Source of the DNA: Atribacterota bacterium
Lineage (GTDB): Bacteria > Atribacterota > Phoenicimicrobiia > Phoenicimicrobiales > Phoenicimicrobiaceae
Assembly (NCBI GenBank): GCA_030605615.1
Contig: JAUWHZ010000020.1
Location: 1 to 59,730, forward strand
DNA: 59,730 nt
Direction of reading: 5' to 3'
Below the pieces are notes generated by a model, which was not told where the DNA came from, did no database searches, and saw only the letters and a list, made by a program, of their open reading frames with translations. Position numbers and translations under genes: made by a program. Below, piece by piece: positions 57,769 through 59,730 of the stretch (positions are counted from its first letter, which is position 1; the number at the start of each line of letters is the position of its first letter).

Positions 57769-57803
57769 CGAGATACGATTCACGAGATACTAGATACGTA
57801 TTT
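57769..57803 (-). repeat. heptamer array G, complementary orientation (CGAGATA CGATTCA CGAGATA CTAGATA CGTATTT)
   Basis: Read directly. Ends 4 nt before the predicted -35 of the V-ATPase operon. Confidence 0.75.
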
Positions 57804-57807
57804 AATA

Positions 57808-57836
57808 TTGAGAATAATTATGGGATATGTTATAAT
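57808..57836 (+). promoter_or_regulatory. predicted promoter of the V/A-ATPase operon
   Basis: TTGAGA (57808-57813) + 17 nt + TATAAT (57831-57836). Leaves a leader of about 95-100 nt. Confidence 0.5.
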
Positions 57837-57932
57837 TTTTTGTAAATATTAATTAAAAAATAACCTATTTATATGTTATCCCACCTTATTTTATAAAGTT
57901 TTTTTATAAGCTATCTTATTAATTATTGAGGG

Positions 57933-58259
57933 GTGAATTTTTTGATAGATAAAATCATTTTGGAAGTTAAAAAAACTGAACGTGCTGCAGATAAGATTAT
58001 CAAAGATGCCAATGATAAATCTAAAATAATAATTGATAATGCACACGAAGAAGCAGATAAACTAATTGGAAGAATCAAAGAAGAAGCTAAAAAAGAAGGA
58101 AAAATGATAATTGAAAGAGAAGAAAAATTAGCCAGGGCAGAAGCAGATAATATTATAAAAAAAAGTGAAATAGAAAAAGAAGAGCTAGGTAAAAAATCTT
58201 TAAAAAATATTGATAAAGCGGTAAAAATAGTAATTAAAAAAGTAGTGGAAGGTAAATAA
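57933..58259 (+). CDS. small coiled-coil V/A-type ATPase stator subunit (AhaH / NtpF-like)
   Basis: 108 aa K/E/A-rich helix (EEADKLIGRIKEEAKKEGKMIIEREEKLARAEADNII). It is the first gene before subunit I, as in ntpF-ntpI / ahaH-ahaI operons. GTG 57933 sits only about 1 nt after GAGG; TTG 57942, 6 nt after GAGGGGTG, is the more likely start. TAATG junction with the next gene. Confidence 0.7.
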   Translation: MNFLIDKIILEVKKTERAADKIIKDANDKSKIIIDNAHEEADKLIGRIKEEAKKEGKMIIEREEKLARAEADNIIKKSEIEKEELGKKSLKNIDKAVKIVIKKVVEGK

Positions 58260-59730
58260 TGGCTGTTTGCAAAATAAAAAGGGTAAATATTTTTACTCAT
58301 CTTGAATTAAAGGACGAGATTATTGAAGAACTTCAAAAAGCAGGCTGTGTCCAAATAATAGATGTTACACCTAAATTAAAAAAGTCAAGCTTATCGGATT
58401 TTAATGAAATAAATAATACAGAACGCATATCTGCATTATCGGAAGTAAAATATTGCATAGATTACCTATCAAATTTTATAGATAAACCTAAAAAATCCGA
58501 TAAACCCACAATCACCACTAAATACGTTTATGATTATAAAAAATTACCTTTATTATTTTCTCGATTTGATTATAAAAAGATTTATAGTAAGTGCAAAGAA
58601 TTAGATGATAAATTAAAAGAACTAAAAAATAGAGAAAATCATCTTGTAAAAACACAAGAACACTTGAAAGAATGGAAAGAACTCGACATAAAAGTAGAGG
58701 ATTTAGAAGGAACAAAAAATACCAAAATCATCGTAGGAACTCTCTCTTCAAAAGATTTTATTTCATGTTTGGAAGAAATAAAAAAGATAGGAAAAGAGCT
58801 TGAAATAAATAAATTTGCTGAAGATAAAAAACAGTGCAAGATAATGATTGTTTCAATATCTGAATATTATGTTCTTATTAAAAAAGTGCTGGATAAGTAT
58901 AATTTTAATTCTTTTCAAATTCACATAGAATTCACTAAAACTCCAAAAAATATTTTGGAGGATATTTCCAAAGAATTAAAAAGCATTAAAGAAAAAAGAG
59001 GAATAATTTCGGATGCAAGCAGAAAACTGTATAGAGAGAATTTATCGTTATATCTTGCTTTTGATTACCTATCTCTTTTAAAAAGCAGAAAAGATATAGA
59101 AATATATTTAAAGATGACTAAAAAAGTTATAATTATCGAGGGATGGATTTTAGAAAAAAACATAGATATAATGAAAAAGAGACTATTTAATAAAACAAAC
59201 GAGTTGGAGATAATCTTTAGTGATCCCGATGAAAATGATGATATTCCAGTAGCTTTAGATAATAATAAATTTGTAGAACCTTTTGAATCAATAACCGAAC
59301 TGTATGGAATCCCCAAATATAAGGAATTTGACCCCACTCCTTTATTTGCTCCCTTTTATTTTATTTTCTTCGGAATGTGTTTGTCTGATGCCGGTTATGG
59401 TCTAATCATTGCTGCTTTATCTTATTTTTCTTTATCAAAATTCAAATTTGAAGGGACGGTAAAGAAATTTTTTGAATTATTTTTCTTAGGTGGATTATCT
59501 ACTTTTATAATGGGAGCGATTATGGGTAGCTGGATGGGGGATACTCTTAATTATCTTCCAAAAAATATTTTATTTATAAAAACTTTTTTAATTGATACAA
59601 TATCCTTGCTCGACCCGATAAAAAATCCCATGCCTCTATTATTGATATCTCTATCTTTAGGAGTAATTCAAATTTACACCGGAATTATTATTAAATTTAT
59701 CGCAAACGTTAAAGAAAATAAGATTAAAAC
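58259..59730 (+). CDS. ntpI: V/A-type ATPase subunit I (membrane a-subunit), N-terminal about 490 aa; 3' end outside the window
   Basis: Open frame from ATG 58259 to the window end, so not in the ORF track (no stop). MAVCKIKRVNIFTHLELKDEIIEELQKAGCVQIID..., then FVEPFESITELYGIPKYKEFDPTPLFAPFYFIFFGMCLSDAGYGL, the conserved start of the subunit I membrane domain. Confidence 0.88.
   Translation, partial: MAVCKIKRVNIFTHLELKDEIIEELQKAGCVQIIDVTPKLKKSSLSDFNEINNTERISALSEVKYCIDYLSNFIDKPKKSDKPTITTKYVYDYKKLPLLFSRFDYKKIYSKCKELDDKLKELKNRENHLVKTQEHLKEWKELDIKVEDLEGTKNTKIIVGTLSSKDFISCLEEIKKIGKELEINKFAEDKKQCKIMIVSISEYYVLIKKVLDKYNFNSFQIHIEFTKTPKNILEDISKELKSIKEKRGIISDASRKLYRENLSLYLAFDYLSLLKSRKDIEIYLKMTKKVIIIEGWILEKNIDIMKKRLFNKTNELEIIFSDPDENDDIPVALDNNKFVEPFESITELYGIPKYKEFDPTPLFAPFYFIFFGMCLSDAGYGLIIAALSYFSLSKFKFEGTVKKFFELFFLGGLSTFIMGAIMGSWMGDTLNYLPKNILFIKTFLIDTISLLDPIKNPMPLLLISLSLGVIQIYTGIIIKFIANVKENKIK

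Noticed and set aside
7488-57803. Heptamer arrays as a CRISPR-like or coding tandem repeat
   Set aside because: The units are 7 nt with no unique spacers, arrays are only 3-5 units long, and no cas genes are present. A 7-nt period is incompatible with a coding repeat. They are reported as a separate repeat family instead.
57923-58300. 125-aa minus-strand ORF covering the first V-ATPase gene
   Set aside because: The + strand product is a typical charged coiled-coil stator subunit, correctly placed before subunit I and coupled to it by TAATG. The minus-strand product is Ser/Leu/Phe/Ile low complexity.

Overview
A very AT-rich 59.7-kb bacterial chromosomal core segment, packed almost end to end with about 60 housekeeping genes. 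All but two (rpmB, tmcAL) are on the + strand. The gene order follows the conserved low-GC Gram-positive (Firmicutes-type) clusters:
- PDRP-ppdK, hppA, deoB-pdp
- trpS-scpA-scpB-rluB-cmk-ispH
- rsmD-coaD-ylbL-like/tmcAL, then pta-ackA
- rpmF, fapR-plsX-fabH-fabD-fabG-acpP-fabF-rnc-smc-ftsY-ffh-rpsP-KH-rimM-trmD-rplS-rnhB-yraN-comM
- rpe, der-plsY, topA-xerC-hslV-hslU
- rpsB-tsf-pyrH-frr-(mini ferredoxin)-uppS-cdsA-dxr-rseP-ispG
- the first two genes of a V/A-type ATPase operon, running off the 3' end

I recognised no rRNA, tRNA, CRISPR array, transposase, phage or defence genes, and stop-codon usage looks like the standard code. All calls rest on reading motifs in the supplied translations, on gene order and on manual inspection of the DNA; no searches were run.

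I cannot point to a convincing new multi-gene system here. The strongest signal the genes do not explain is non-coding. A dispersed family of degenerate 7-nt tandem arrays (unit about TAT-N-GCG, plus a second AAGTAA-like unit) occurs at seven intergenic sites, at two of them next to hairpins that are unusually GC-rich for this genome.

Secondary curiosities:
- an rsmD gene that can only be full length if it starts at AUU/AUA
- a 46-aa ferredoxin with a deleted first cluster motif, embedded in the dxr-ispG cluster
- a DHH-CBS-CCA/poly(A) nucleotidyltransferase fusion whose SD lies inside a GC-rich hairpin
- a 66-nt near-perfect palindrome after rpmF
- a candidate FapR operator
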